Source: Alphaproteobacteria bacterium | GTDB lineage: Bacteria; Myxococcota_A; UBA796; CAJQPC01 | DNA length: 64,000 nt | Direction of reading: 5' to 3' | Assembly (NCBI GenBank): GCA_020632795.1 | Contig: JACKEV010000023.1 | Coordinates: 5,775 to 69,774 of the forward strand | Shown: positions 43,914-54,000 of the stretch, in pieces | How the letters are laid out: every line of letters starts with the position of its first letter | Position numbering within the stretch: position 1 is the stretch's first letter | Program-made: the position numbers and the translations under genes | The notes under the pieces: generated by a model | Seen by the model: the letters and a program-made list of their open reading frames with translations, nothing else | Told to the model about the DNA's origin: nothing | The model's database searches: none

Positions 43914-44279
43914 CTACGGAACGTCGACCACTCTGGGATCGACCAGATCGGACATGGCGACGCCCTGGGCCGTGATGAAGTCCTCGGCCTCCTCGGCCGT
44001 ACGAAACCGAAAGACGTCGAGTCGGCGATAGTCGTCACCGGTTTCATAGACCCCCGACTCGTGGACCTCGCGGTCGAGTTCGATGATGCGGACGCGATAC
44101 GGGGTGGTCAGTTTGCTGGTCTCAGCTTTGTAGGCGCGATGCTCGGGGCAGTCGTGCAGTACTTCCAGGGTTCGCATGTTTGGAACCAGTTTCTCTGCGA
44201 TCAGCCAGCCGAGGTACTTCTCGGAGTTGGTGGGGATTCGGATGGCCCCGCCCCAGTCGGAGAGGAATCGACGTCGCAT
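43914..44279 (-). CDS. family-A immunity-like protein, copy 2 (121 aa)
   Basis: The track ORF is trimmed to ATG 44279, giving the same 121-aa length and the same 5' leader as copy 1. Confidence 0.7.
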   Translation of the reverse strand: MRRRFLSDWGGAIRIPTNSEKYLGWLIAEKLVPNMRTLEVLHDCPEHRAYKAETSKLTTPYRVRIIELDREVHESGVYETGDDYRRLDVFRFRTAEEAEDFITAQGVAMSDLVDPRVVDVP

Positions 44280-44370
44280 CTCTGAAGCTCCATCGAGAGG
44301 GTTGAAGGGTGCTGTCCAATTGGACGTGCGGCAGGTGGTCGCGAAGGTGGGTCGTCTCCCTGTGGCCCGA

Positions 44371-44802
44371 CTACGCTTTCTCACCGCTCTTGGAGTTCAT
44401 GCAGGCTCTGAGGTGGGTAGCCGCAGGTTCAAAGGCGTTGTCGATGAGCGCTTGGGCTGACTCGATCCAGGCGTCGACGGAAGCCAGGTCGACGTCGTCG
44501 TTCTGCCATGTGTAAGGCTTCACCTCCATCAGGGTTCCACCGGTTCCTGTGCAGAGGTCTGCGTTGAGAGAGTGGTTGTGGCCATCTGTCCAGATGCTCA
44601 CACACAAAACCAACAACTCGTCACCATCAGAGTGATCTTCACAGACACTGATGTATGCGTAGAGAGGATATGCTCGCATGCCGTTCTCGGAGTTGACCAC
44701 GAGGAGCCTCGGAAACGCGCCAACAAGATGATGTTCGAGCGCTTCTATGGGTTCTTTCAATGCGACCAGCAGTCGCTGTGAGATCGATTCTATGAAGTTC
44801 AT
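44371..44802 (-). CDS. small hypothetical (immunity-like) protein
   Basis: 143-aa ORF with AT-richer codon usage. No paralog exists in the window. Confidence 0.5.
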   Translation of the reverse strand: MNFIESISQRLLVALKEPIEALEHHLVGAFPRLLVVNSENGMRAYPLYAYISVCEDHSDGDELLVLCVSIWTDGHNHSLNADLCTGTGGTLMEVKPYTWQNDDVDLASVDAWIESAQALIDNAFEPAATHLRACMNSKSGEKA

Positions 44803-44987
44803 CTGGATCTCGTTTCCTGGCCAATGCTGGTGTCCTGGACCATCTTGCGCTGGTTTGCCTGTATGCTATCAGCGTTGCATCTGAGCCACACGGGGCTGAA
44901 GACTGAACGATCAGGTTTGACAAATCAAACGCCCACAAGGCCTTGGGTACTCCCTTGAACGTAGGAGTTTACGGAACTCGAATTCCC

Positions 44988-45542
44988 TCAAACGCCCTCG
45001 GTGTTCTGAAGAGATTCAAGATCTTCCAGCCATACTGAGACCAACTTCTTCGAAAACGGATCTTGACTGAGAACTATATGCCTTCGCAGTGCAAAGCAAA
45101 TCCTATGGGCCAGGGACAAATCCAGATAGCCACACAAGCCCAGGAGATCGATGCATGTTCTTTGGGAGTCCAGATCGCCCTTATCGAGGTAGTACATATA
45201 GAAAGGATATCCCCGCGCCACCTCCCCTCGAACGCGCTGAACCAACTCCAGATACTCTGGAGTGACATCGGGGTCGTCATCCTGCACTGCCGTGATTTCA
45301 AAGAGCAGATCGAGCAACTTAGGCAGCCCTGTCTCAGCAACGTCCACCAAGTTCAAGATGCCAACGATCGCAACAGGAACGGCGACAGCCTGCAACTCTC
45401 CGTCTGGTATCGCCAGCTTCTCCAGGAACCTGTACGAGTCCTCCACTCTCTGAGCATCAAGAGAACTACACAGTTCGTTGATCATGACCTCGATGCTGTT
45501 GTTTCCATATTGGCTCCAATCCACGAATCGATGATCTGGCAT
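44988..45542 (-). CDS. helical-repeat immunity-like protein (family H, copy 1)
   Basis: The track ORF 44988..45983 is trimmed to ATG 45542, 6 nt after AGGAGG (plus-strand cctcct at 45549..45554). It carries ARGYPFYMYYLDKGDLDSQRTCIDLLGLCGYLDLSLAHRICFALRRHIVL. Confidence 0.65.
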   Translation of the reverse strand: MPDHRFVDWSQYGNNSIEVMINELCSSLDAQRVEDSYRFLEKLAIPDGELQAVAVPVAIVGILNLVDVAETGLPKLLDLLFEITAVQDDDPDVTPEYLELVQRVRGEVARGYPFYMYYLDKGDLDSQRTCIDLLGLCGYLDLSLAHRICFALRRHIVLSQDPFSKKLVSVWLEDLESLQNTEGV

Positions 45543-45606
45543 GGTGAACCTCCTATCTATTGGGCCTGTACGGGGCGACAGGTGGTTTCGGTGATATGCA
45601 CAGGAT

Positions 45607-46068
45607 TTATTCGGTTCCGATGAACTCTCCCAACCTGCCCAGCACAAGAGCGGAGATGGCCTCCTCAATGCTCCGCCCGATGAGAAAGGCCTCATCCATC
45701 GCAGAGAGCACACGACCATCCTCTGCGATGAGCAGGAAGGCTTCTCCGGCCTCCGCTTCTCCGATGGGACACAGGCGTGTCCCCAGCGCTCTCTCAAACT
45801 CGGCAAATCTGTCCGATTCGCCCACCGCGACAGTGGGATCGAAACAGAAGCTCCGTCGAGCGACAGTCTCGCCTGGCCCATCCTGTTCAAAGGAAAGGCC
45901 TCCGAACTCAAGCAGCACCGTGCGGGCGTTGGCGTGGAGCGAAAACTCGCCAGCGGAGAAGTACTCTCGTTCCCATTGATCAACCAGTTCCTTGGCAGAG
46001 CGACCGGGTGTCCAACCGGCCTGGAGGAGGGTGGTGAGGATGGAGGTTGTCGAAGACGCTGGTTTCAT
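45607..46068 (-). CDS. SUKH-3-like immunity protein (copy a)
   Basis: Start is ATG 46068 or 46098. Sequence LLQAGW...VLLEFGGLSFEQD...FCFDPTVA...LCPIGEAE..EAFLLIAEDGRVL fits my recollection of the SUKH-3 pattern. Confidence 0.65.
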   Translation of the reverse strand: MKPASSTTSILTTLLQAGWTPGRSAKELVDQWEREYFSAGEFSLHANARTVLLEFGGLSFEQDGPGETVARRSFCFDPTVAVGESDRFAEFERALGTRLCPIGEAEAGEAFLLIAEDGRVLSAMDEAFLIGRSIEEAISALVLGRLGEFIGTE

Positions 46069-46134
46069 CAGGTTGGTTTCCTTTCCTGAGCCGGTCAAGT
46101 GTTCAAATCGTCCGGTAGCAGGAGCTCACTTCCG

Positions 46135-46500
46135 TCAGTCATCTGAGGGAATGCTGGCGATGGTGTTGCGCTGATCAAGCCGGCTTCCTGGTGGCAGTCG
46201 CACAAGGTTGTCGAAGAACCTCTCCCGATGCACCCCCTCCAAGGCGCGCTCCATGTACTCCTGAGTCACCCTCTTGACGACGATGAGTCCGGGATTCCCA
46301 AGGAACTTTCTTCCTCCTTCCGAGAGGAGCCTGACATCCTCTTTGAGTCGGACAGGATCATAGAAGACGAGAGGGATGAATGACCCATCCGAATACTCGG
46401 CACGGGCACGGTCGCAATAGCCCTTGGACTCGGACTCACGGGCATCCTGTTCCCCGTACGAAGGGGCAAAAACGAGCTTGGGTGGTTGCTTGTCGGTCAT
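46135..46500 (-). CDS. family-B immunity-like protein (single domain)
   Basis: 121-aa ORF: PKLVFAPSYGEQDARESESKGYCDRARAEYSDGSFIPLVFYDPVRL...GLIVVKRVTQEYMERALEG. Confidence 0.65.
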   Translation of the reverse strand: MTDKQPPKLVFAPSYGEQDARESESKGYCDRARAEYSDGSFIPLVFYDPVRLKEDVRLLSEGGRKFLGNPGLIVVKRVTQEYMERALEGVHRERFFDNLVRLPPGSRLDQRNTIASIPSDD

Positions 46501-46524
46501 GGTTCACGCTCCGTGTCTGATCGT

Positions 46525-46857
46525 TCAGAATCTAGGGTCCTTGGTGCCTGAGGGAAGTCGAACAAATCGATCAAAGAACCCTTCTTTGTGTAGCTCTGCG
46601 ACAGCGGTCTCCATCTGCTCCAGGGTCACATTCTCTACCACGATCAGCCCAGGTTCGGCGATGTATGGCCTTCCCCACCGTGCTTCTTCTTGAAGATCTT
46701 GTGCGATCCTTGTAGTGGTGTAGAATGTCAGCGGAATGCAGGATCCATCGGAATACTGGGCTCGCGCATCTCCCAAGAATCCCTTGGACTCTGCCTCGAA
46801 AGCATCCCTTTCACCAAAGGGCAACTCAAACATTAGTTTTGGTGGAGCAGTCTTCAT
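46525..46857 (-). CDS. family-B immunity-like protein (single domain)
   Basis: The track ORF 46525..47028 has start 46857 chosen by analogy with 46135..46500 (MKTAPPKLMFELPFGERDAFEAESKG...). The longer start at 47028 cannot be excluded. Confidence 0.55.
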   Translation of the reverse strand: MKTAPPKLMFELPFGERDAFEAESKGFLGDARAQYSDGSCIPLTFYTTTRIAQDLQEEARWGRPYIAEPGLIVVENVTLEQMETAVAELHKEGFFDRFVRLPSGTKDPRF

Positions 46858-47066
46858 CTGTTGCTCGCCTCCAGATAGCTTGACTTGACCAAGCAGCTCA
46901 TTGTATTCATCCAACGTCATCGATCTGTCCAGCATGATCTCAAGATGGGCGAGTCGATCACCACGTTGTTCTACCCTCAGTCCTTCGGGGATACACTCCA
47001 CGAGGTATGCTCCACCGAACTCTTTCACGTTGTCGAGACGCTACTGTTGACGAGATACATGGTCTC

Positions 47067-47552
47067 CTACGCAGGTGCCTGTTCGGTTCTGATGAACTCC
47101 CCCAGCCTGCCCAGTACCAGAGCAGATATGGCCTCCTCAATGCTCCACCCGATGAGAAAGGCATCATCCATCGCAGAGAGCACACGACCATCCTCTGCGA
47201 TAAGCAGGAAGGCTTCACTGGCCTCCGCTTCTCCGATGGGACACAGGTGCGTCCCCAGCGCTCTCTCAAACTCGGCGAACCTGTCGGATTCACCTGCCGC
47301 GACGGTCGGGTCGAAGCAGAAGCTCCGTCGAGCGACGGTCTCACCAGGCCCGTCCTGTTCGAAGGACAGGCCTCCGAACTCGAGCAGGACGGCGCGGGCG
47401 GTGGCGTGGAGCGAAAACTCGCCAGCGGAGAAGAACTCCCGTTCCCATTGATCAACCAGTTCCTTGGCAGAGCGACCGGGTATCCAACCGGCCTGGCGGA
47501 GGGTGGTGAGGATGGGGGTTGTCGAAGACTTGATGTTCATACCGTTGGTCAT
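47067..47552 (-). CDS. SUKH-3-like immunity protein (copy b)
   Basis: About nine-tenths identical to copy a at protein and DNA level by eye. An alternative ATG lies at 47540. Confidence 0.65.
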   Translation of the reverse strand: MTNGMNIKSSTTPILTTLRQAGWIPGRSAKELVDQWEREFFSAGEFSLHATARAVLLEFGGLSFEQDGPGETVARRSFCFDPTVAAGESDRFAEFERALGTHLCPIGEAEASEAFLLIAEDGRVLSAMDDAFLIGWSIEEAISALVLGRLGEFIRTEQAPA

Positions 47553-47650
47553 CCAGAACCTGCTGTCGGACAGGTCATGGGAATTCCCTCAATACTGTTC
47601 TGCCACATGTGGTGTGGATAAGATGTCCATACCCGCTGTCGGCAGAAGAA

Positions 47651-48016
47651 CTATGGGACGTCGACCTCTCTTGGATGGACCAAGTCGGACATAGCGATAC
47701 CCTGAGACTTGATGAAATCTTCGGCCTCCTCGGCCGTTCGGAAACAGAATACATCGAGGCGACGATAGTCGTCTCCGGTCTCATAGGCCCCCGACTCATG
47801 AACCTTTCGGTCGAGTTCGATGATAGAAACGCTATATGGCGTGGCCAGCTTTCTTGACTCGGATTTGTACGCAGGATGATCCGGGCAATCGTGTAGAACC
47901 TCCAATATTCGGATATTGGGGGAGAGTTTTTCAGCTATCAACCATCCCAAGTATTGCTCGGAATCCGTTGGAATTCGAATTGCTCCACCCCACTCGGTAC
48001 GGCTTAGGTGTTTCAT
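47651..48016 (-). CDS. family-A immunity-like protein, copy 3; presumed cognate immunity of the Rhs C-terminal toxin
   Basis: The track ORF starts at TTG 48031. I prefer ATG 48016, which begins 2 nt after the Rhs TGA, is preceded by GGAG, and gives 121 aa like copies 1 and 2. Confidence 0.7.
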   Translation of the reverse strand: MKHLSRTEWGGAIRIPTDSEQYLGWLIAEKLSPNIRILEVLHDCPDHPAYKSESRKLATPYSVSIIELDRKVHESGAYETGDDYRRLDVFCFRTAEEAEDFIKSQGIAMSDLVHPREVDVP

Positions 48017-48017
48017 C

Positions 48018-51000
48018 TCATTCTCCGTCAAAGAAGATTCGAATTACTCTTCTCTGGTCGTCGTGAATCTGAAGATGGGGACGACCTCCATGCTCTACGT
48101 CCTCCATGTCCCAATGGTAGGTGCATTTCTTGGAATCGAACGCTTTTCTCACTTTCTTTCCTGTCATGCCCGTTGTGTTTCTATAGCCATTTCCATGATA
48201 GAATCTGAGAAATAGTTCACCAGCTTGATCTCGATTGTCCACGGTTACGTTGATACTCTTTGTCGTGCTGTTTTCGATCTTCTTGGCCGCATCCCGGACC
48301 TTCTTCGACGACCAGGGAATGGTCGCTGCTTCGGCGAGGCGCGTCAAGTCAACGCGAGACCCTAACGTCTCGACAACTTCTATCGCCCCCTTCTCGGCCT
48401 TCTGGGCGAGCCGACTCTCCCCACCTGGGCCCGGCATGTAGTAGTCACCAACGGCCACCCCGATGATTCCTACCACAGCCCCGTACTGCGCGATGCTTGC
48501 GCTGTGGCCATCCGCCCGCGCATACGCCTCGACCCCCCAATCGCGGGTAGCCGCGACGGCACTGGACTCCTTGAGGATGCCCTCCAGGGGTCCCCTGGCC
48601 CAAGGGTGCCCGGTGATATCTGCCGTAGTGGGCAGCGACTCCAGACCATCCGCCAGATAGGACGCCCCTCCCGCGGCGGCCCCCCAGGCCCCCGCCTCAA
48701 GGTCCTCCAGCGCGGATCGCCCGAAGTGCCGAAGCCGCCCTGCGAACGCCGACCCCTGGCAACCCCAGACGCTCGACCCCTCGACGCGCCGGAACACGTT
48801 CGACAGAACCTCCCGCAGGCCCCTTCGACCGGTGACAACCAGCTCGTACTCCGGTACCAGACCGCTCTTGGTCTTCTGGAAGGACCCGGGGCCACGACCA
48901 CCCCACAGCCGCTTGAAGAACGCCAGGATCCCCTTCTCCGGCTCCACCTCCGCCTCGGCGCCGCCGTCATCACGTCCCCTGCGCCGCTTCGGAGAGAGGT
49001 TGAGCACCCCGCCCTGACCCCAGGGCGAGCTCGACCCGCAAGACGTCGGATCCGCCCGACAGGGATCCTGCACCCCCAGCCCGCCGAGCGAGCCGCTCTG
49101 CAGGGACCCCCACCCGCCAGCGCTGCCGGTGATCGGCTGCGCGGTGAAGCCGATGGGATCGACGTACCCGAGGGGGTCGTTCTCCGCGTAGCGCGCCCGG
49201 TGGAGGCCTCCGGCGAGGCCCAGCGGGTCGGGGCGGTCGAACACGCCCGAGGCGGGCAGCAGGGCGCGGTTGCGGGCGAGCATGAGGCCGCCGTCGGGCA
49301 GGCGCTCGAGGCCCGCGTAGACGTAGCGCTCGTCCAGGGTGGTGGGAGCCTGCGCGCGCTCCCCGAAGGCCCCGGCGTAGGGCAGGGTCTCGCCGCCGAG
49401 CTGGAGCAGGCTGCCGCGCGGATCGGTCAGGGCGCGGGTCACGCCCTCCTCACCTCGGAGCTGGCCCAGCCACACCCCCTCGAACACCAGGTTCGTGATG
49501 TCCTCGGTCGCGGTCTGCACCTCCAGGGGCAACGCCCCCTCCAGGCCCCAGGTGGTCCAGCGCTCGCCCTCGGGCTCCACGGCCAGCACGGGCCAGCCCG
49601 CCGGATCCCGCACAAACGTGGTGATCGCGCCCTCGGGGGTCTCGCGCTCGGCCAGCCCGCCCGCCGGGTCCCGGAAGAGCAGCGCACCCGTGGGGTCGAC
49701 CTCCAAGGCATCCCAGGGGTCGCGGTCCGCGGTCACGCCGTCGAAGTCCGCCGGCAACGCGCCCGACCAGCCCAGGGTGGAGAGCACGTCCGTGCCGTCG
49801 TCGACCGCCTCGCGCCGACCACCCTCGTCATAGGTGAAGCCGCGCACCTCGATCTCGCCCTCGCTGGGGGTGAAGACCTGCTCCACCAACCAGCCGGGCT
49901 CCTGCCAGGCGTAGTCGGCCGTCCAGTCGCTGTCGGGGCCGATGAACTGCTCCCAGGCCAGGCGACCGCGATCGTCCCAGACGCCCTCCCAGGAGGCACC
50001 ACCCTGCCAGGCCCGCTGCGTGGGCCGCCCCAGATCATCCCAGCCCAGGGTCAGACCGTGGCCGTCGACCTCCAGCGCGGTGGGGCGCAGCGCGCCGTCC
50101 CGCTGGAGCACCTCGACCAGCACGTCGCCGCCAGGGCCGCGCATGCGCTCAGCCAGGCGGTCGTTGCCCGACCAGCCGTAGTCCAGGCTCAGGGTGCGGC
50201 CGGAGGGCAGGCCCAGCTCCTCCAAGGCGCCGTCGGCGGTCCAGGCCCAGGTGGTGACCTGGGTGAGGCCGTCCACCCACAGGCTGCGCGCCACCGGGCG
50301 GCCCGCCGCGTCCCAGGTCCAGGCCTCGGACGACTCGGTCACCCCGCTCCAGTCCCGCACGACGTCGGCGGGCAGATCCCGGGCGTCCAGGCCCTCGTAG
50401 CGGGTCTCCAGGATGGAGGCGCCGTCGTCCACGAGCACGGAGGTGACCCGGCCCAGGGCGTCCCGACCGTAGGTGGTGCTGCGCACGCTGCCGTCCACGC
50501 CGACCTCCTGGGAGAGGTCGAGCTCGCCGTAGCCGTCGTAGCGCCAGGTCCGCTGGCGCACGCCGCCGTCCCAGGTCTCGGTGTCGAGCCGCCCGTCCAC
50601 CCAGGTGTACGCGGTCTGCTCGCCGCCCACGCCCACAGAGGCCAGGCGCCCGGCGTCGGTCCAGCCATAGTCAACGACGTAGTCTGCCGGGCCGGGCACC
50701 CCGAAGTCGTACCGCGACGGCGTGACGCCACCGGAGAAGGGCGCCTCGAACCAACCCCACTCGGTGAGGGGGCGGCCGGTGGTGGGGTCGTGGAGCCACA
50801 CGGTCATGGCCAGGGGGACCCCCGCGGGGTCACGGACCTCGACCGCCCAGCGCTGCCCGGCGTCGATGTGATGCCGCTCCACCACGCCGGTGGGGTCCTC
50901 GACGCCGACCACGCGGCCCGCGCCGTCCAGCCACTGGCGCCACACCGCGCCCTCGCCGTCGGTCTCGGTGACCCGGAGCAGAGCGCTATGGCCGTCCCAG

Positions 51001-54000
51001 CTCATGTTCGTCGCGTAGGACCAGGACCGGGGCCCCTCGCCAGCGAGATCCTGGGCGACCACCCGCCCCAGGGAATCGTATCGGGTGCGCGAGACCGCGC
51101 CCGCCGGGTCCTGGTGGAAGCGGGCCTGGCCCAGGGCGTCATAGAACCAACGCTCAGTGGTGGCGTCGGGGTGCTCGACCTCGCGCAGCCAGCCGAGATC
51201 GTGCCAGGTGTACCGGGTGATCAGGCTGCCGCTGTCCACCGGACCGAGGGTGCGGGAGGTCAGGCGGTCCACGTCGGCCCAGGCCCACGTCTGCCAGCGC
51301 AGGGGCGCGGACTCGGGGCCCTCCTCCACCCGGACGGGGCGGCTGAGGTCGTCGTACTCGGTGCGGCGCTCGGCGACGCCCTGCCACTCCCGGATCGGGC
51401 GGCCCAGCACGTCGTACTCGGCCTCGTAGCGCAGCGCGCCGCCAGCGATCAGCTCCTCCAGGAAGCCGCCGGGGGCGTAGCCGAAGGTGGTCTCCACCCC
51501 GTCGGCATCGACGTGCCAGTCGACGTCCCCCAGCCCGGTGTAGGCCCAGGTGTCCAGCGGGTCGACGCAGGCGCCGGACCAGCCGTCGGGGTGACAGGTG
51601 GCGACGGGCTGGCCGAACACGTCACGCTCGATGTACAGGCTCTGGCCGGCGGGCAGGTCCACCCGGTCCACCCCGGCCGGACCCCACACGGTGGCGGTCT
51701 CGCCGTCGAGGTCGAGCAGGGAGATGCTGCGGCCCAGGCCGTCGAAGGTCTCGGTGGTCACCGCGCCCTGGAGGTCGGTGGAGACCACATGCGCGGGCAG
51801 GCTGGACTGCCGATCGTGCCAGGTGTTGGTCACCACGGTCTGCCCGTCCACGGTCTGGTCGAGCAGGCGGCCGGCGGCGTCGAAGCGCGACACGGTGCTG
51901 AGGCCCCCCGGGTCGGTGACCGTGTGCTCGCGCCGGGAGAGGTCGTAGCGGTGAACCCACACGAAGCTGCACGCGGCGTCCAGGGGGACATCCCCGGTCG
52001 CGTGCTCGCAGGCGTCGTCGCCAGGGGTGACCGAGGGGTCGCCCAGGCGCTCCACCGTCTCGACCCGGTGCAGGCTGTCGTAGCCGGTGAGGGTCATCAC
52101 GCCGGTGGCGTCGCGCCGGACCTCCACCCGGCCCAGGGCGTCCCGGGTCTCGCTGACCCGAAGGATCCCGGCCCGGGAGACCTCGGTGGAGAGGCTGTCC
52201 CAGGTGGTCACGGTGTCCACCCCCATCGGGTCGGTGACCGAGGCCACGCCTGGACGGCGTACGGTCGTGGTCAGCCCGTGGCCGCCCGCCGGGGAGGGCG
52301 CCAGCGCGGCGACCTCGCGGCCCAGGGCGTCCCAGGTGAAGCCGGTGATCGCCGGGTCCTCCCAGCCGTCGAGGTGGGGCTCCACGGCGTAGCCGAGCGC
52401 GCCGTCGTCGGTCCACAGGAGCGCCTCCACCCGGATGGGCTGCGCGGCGTCACAGGACCAGTCGCCCCAGGGCCAGGGGTGACCCTCGCCCTCGGTGCAC
52501 ACCGTGGAGAGGGTGGGGCGGCCGAAGCCGTCGGTCTCGACCGCCTCCAGCCGGCCGTCGTTGCGCAGGGTGAGCTGGCGCAGGCTGCCCCAGGAGGCCT
52601 CCCAGGGGGGCAGCTCCTGGGGGGCGTAGGCCCGCTCGGTCACGATGAGGTCCGCGTCGCCCGCGTCGTCGGCGTCAGGGTCCACCGTCTCGGTGATCAC
52701 GCGGTGCAGGTCGTCGAAGGTGCGGGTGATGAGGGAGCCCTGCCAGCGCTCCTCCTCGACCCGGCACAGAGCGTCCAGGGTGAGGCTGCGGACCCGGCCG
52801 ACCCCGTCGACCTGCTCGACGGCGACGCCGCACAGAGGGTCGACGGTGACTGTCTCCACCGCGCCGTCGGGGCGGGTGACGGCCTGGGCCTGCCCGGTGA
52901 ACGGGCCGGTGGCGGTGTAGTCGAGCTGCAGCTCCACGAAGTCGGTGCCGTCGCCCCACTGGCGGACGCGCTCGGGCAGGCCGAAGCCCTGCGCGTGCAG
53001 GTCGAGGCGCTCGACCCGGGCCAGGGTGGGGCCGCCACCGGGGCCGGTGGTCTCGACCTCCAGCAGCGCGGCGCCCCACGCGGCCGTGTCGAAGGGGTAC
53101 CAGGAGAAGTGCTGCTCCAGGTCGTCGTCGCTGCGGCCGATCTCGCGGTGGTGCTCCGCTGAAGCGAGCCGCTGATCGGCGTCGTAGCGCCAGGTGGTCG
53201 CGGTGACGCGCAGCTCGGTGGGCCAGGCCCCCGAGGGCTCGGGGGCGTCGGGCAGGCCGGGCAGGTCGCTGTCCCACGGGTGCTCGGTGACCACGGCCCG
53301 GTCCCCGAAGGGGTCCTCCGGCGTGGGCAGGTCGGAGAAGTCGAGGGCCGCAGGGTCCCCGAGCCGGCCGCCCAGGTCGACGGAGGCGGCGGGCTCCAGG
53401 CCGCGGACCGCCTCGGCGACCGTGCGGAGGTCAGCGGCGTCTGTCCAGGGGAGGTGGCCCAGGCGCGCGCTGACGGCGGCGGCAGAGAGGGACCCTGCGC
53501 CCTCGGCGGAGGCGCAGGTGGTGATGAGATCCTCGATCGTGACGCTCTGGGCGCCGCCGACCCCGTGCCCCAGCTCGACCTCGCAGCGGCGGGCCAGGGG
53601 GTTGAAGTAAGGGGCCAGGGCGTCGACGTACCAGGGCCCGGCGCCGTCGGAGCGACCGTACAGGTTCACGGTCGCGGCGGCGAGGGTGCCGTCGGCCCGC
53701 AGGCGGGCGCCGTACGCCCAGGCCCCCGGGGAGACCACCGAGAGGTCGAAGGCGTGCAGGTCTGCGCCGTCGCGGCGGCGGGCCTCGACCAGGCCGAAGC
53801 CCCGGAAGCGCTGCCCGTCGTGGAAGCCGTGGCGGTAGCGGTAAGTGACCAGCCCCTGCTCGCCCTCCTGAGCGCGCAGGACCTCCAGGTTGACCGACAG
53901 CTCGGGGTTCTCGGAGGGGTAGGAGGCCGAGAACCCCCAGTCCAGCGCGGTCGTGCCGCCCCAGGGCCCCGTCATCGCGATCACGCGGCCCTGGGCGGTG

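Larger units (their letters stand above)
43470..44357. repeat. tandem duplication with a period of about 444 bp (gene plus 5' leader)
   Basis: 43470..43913 aligns with 43914..about 44357 at roughly nine-tenths nucleotide identity by eye. The alignment includes about 45 nt upstream of each ATG (ccatcgagagggttgaa.gg). Confidence 0.85.

Noticed and set aside
45543-45983. Long N-terminal extension of the 331-aa track ORF (MINGNESTSPLASF...), and the similar 46958..47455 ORF
   Set aside because: Both are off-frame shadows of the two SUKH-3-like genes, and their similarity to each other simply mirrors that duplication. ATG 45542 has a perfect AGGAGG.
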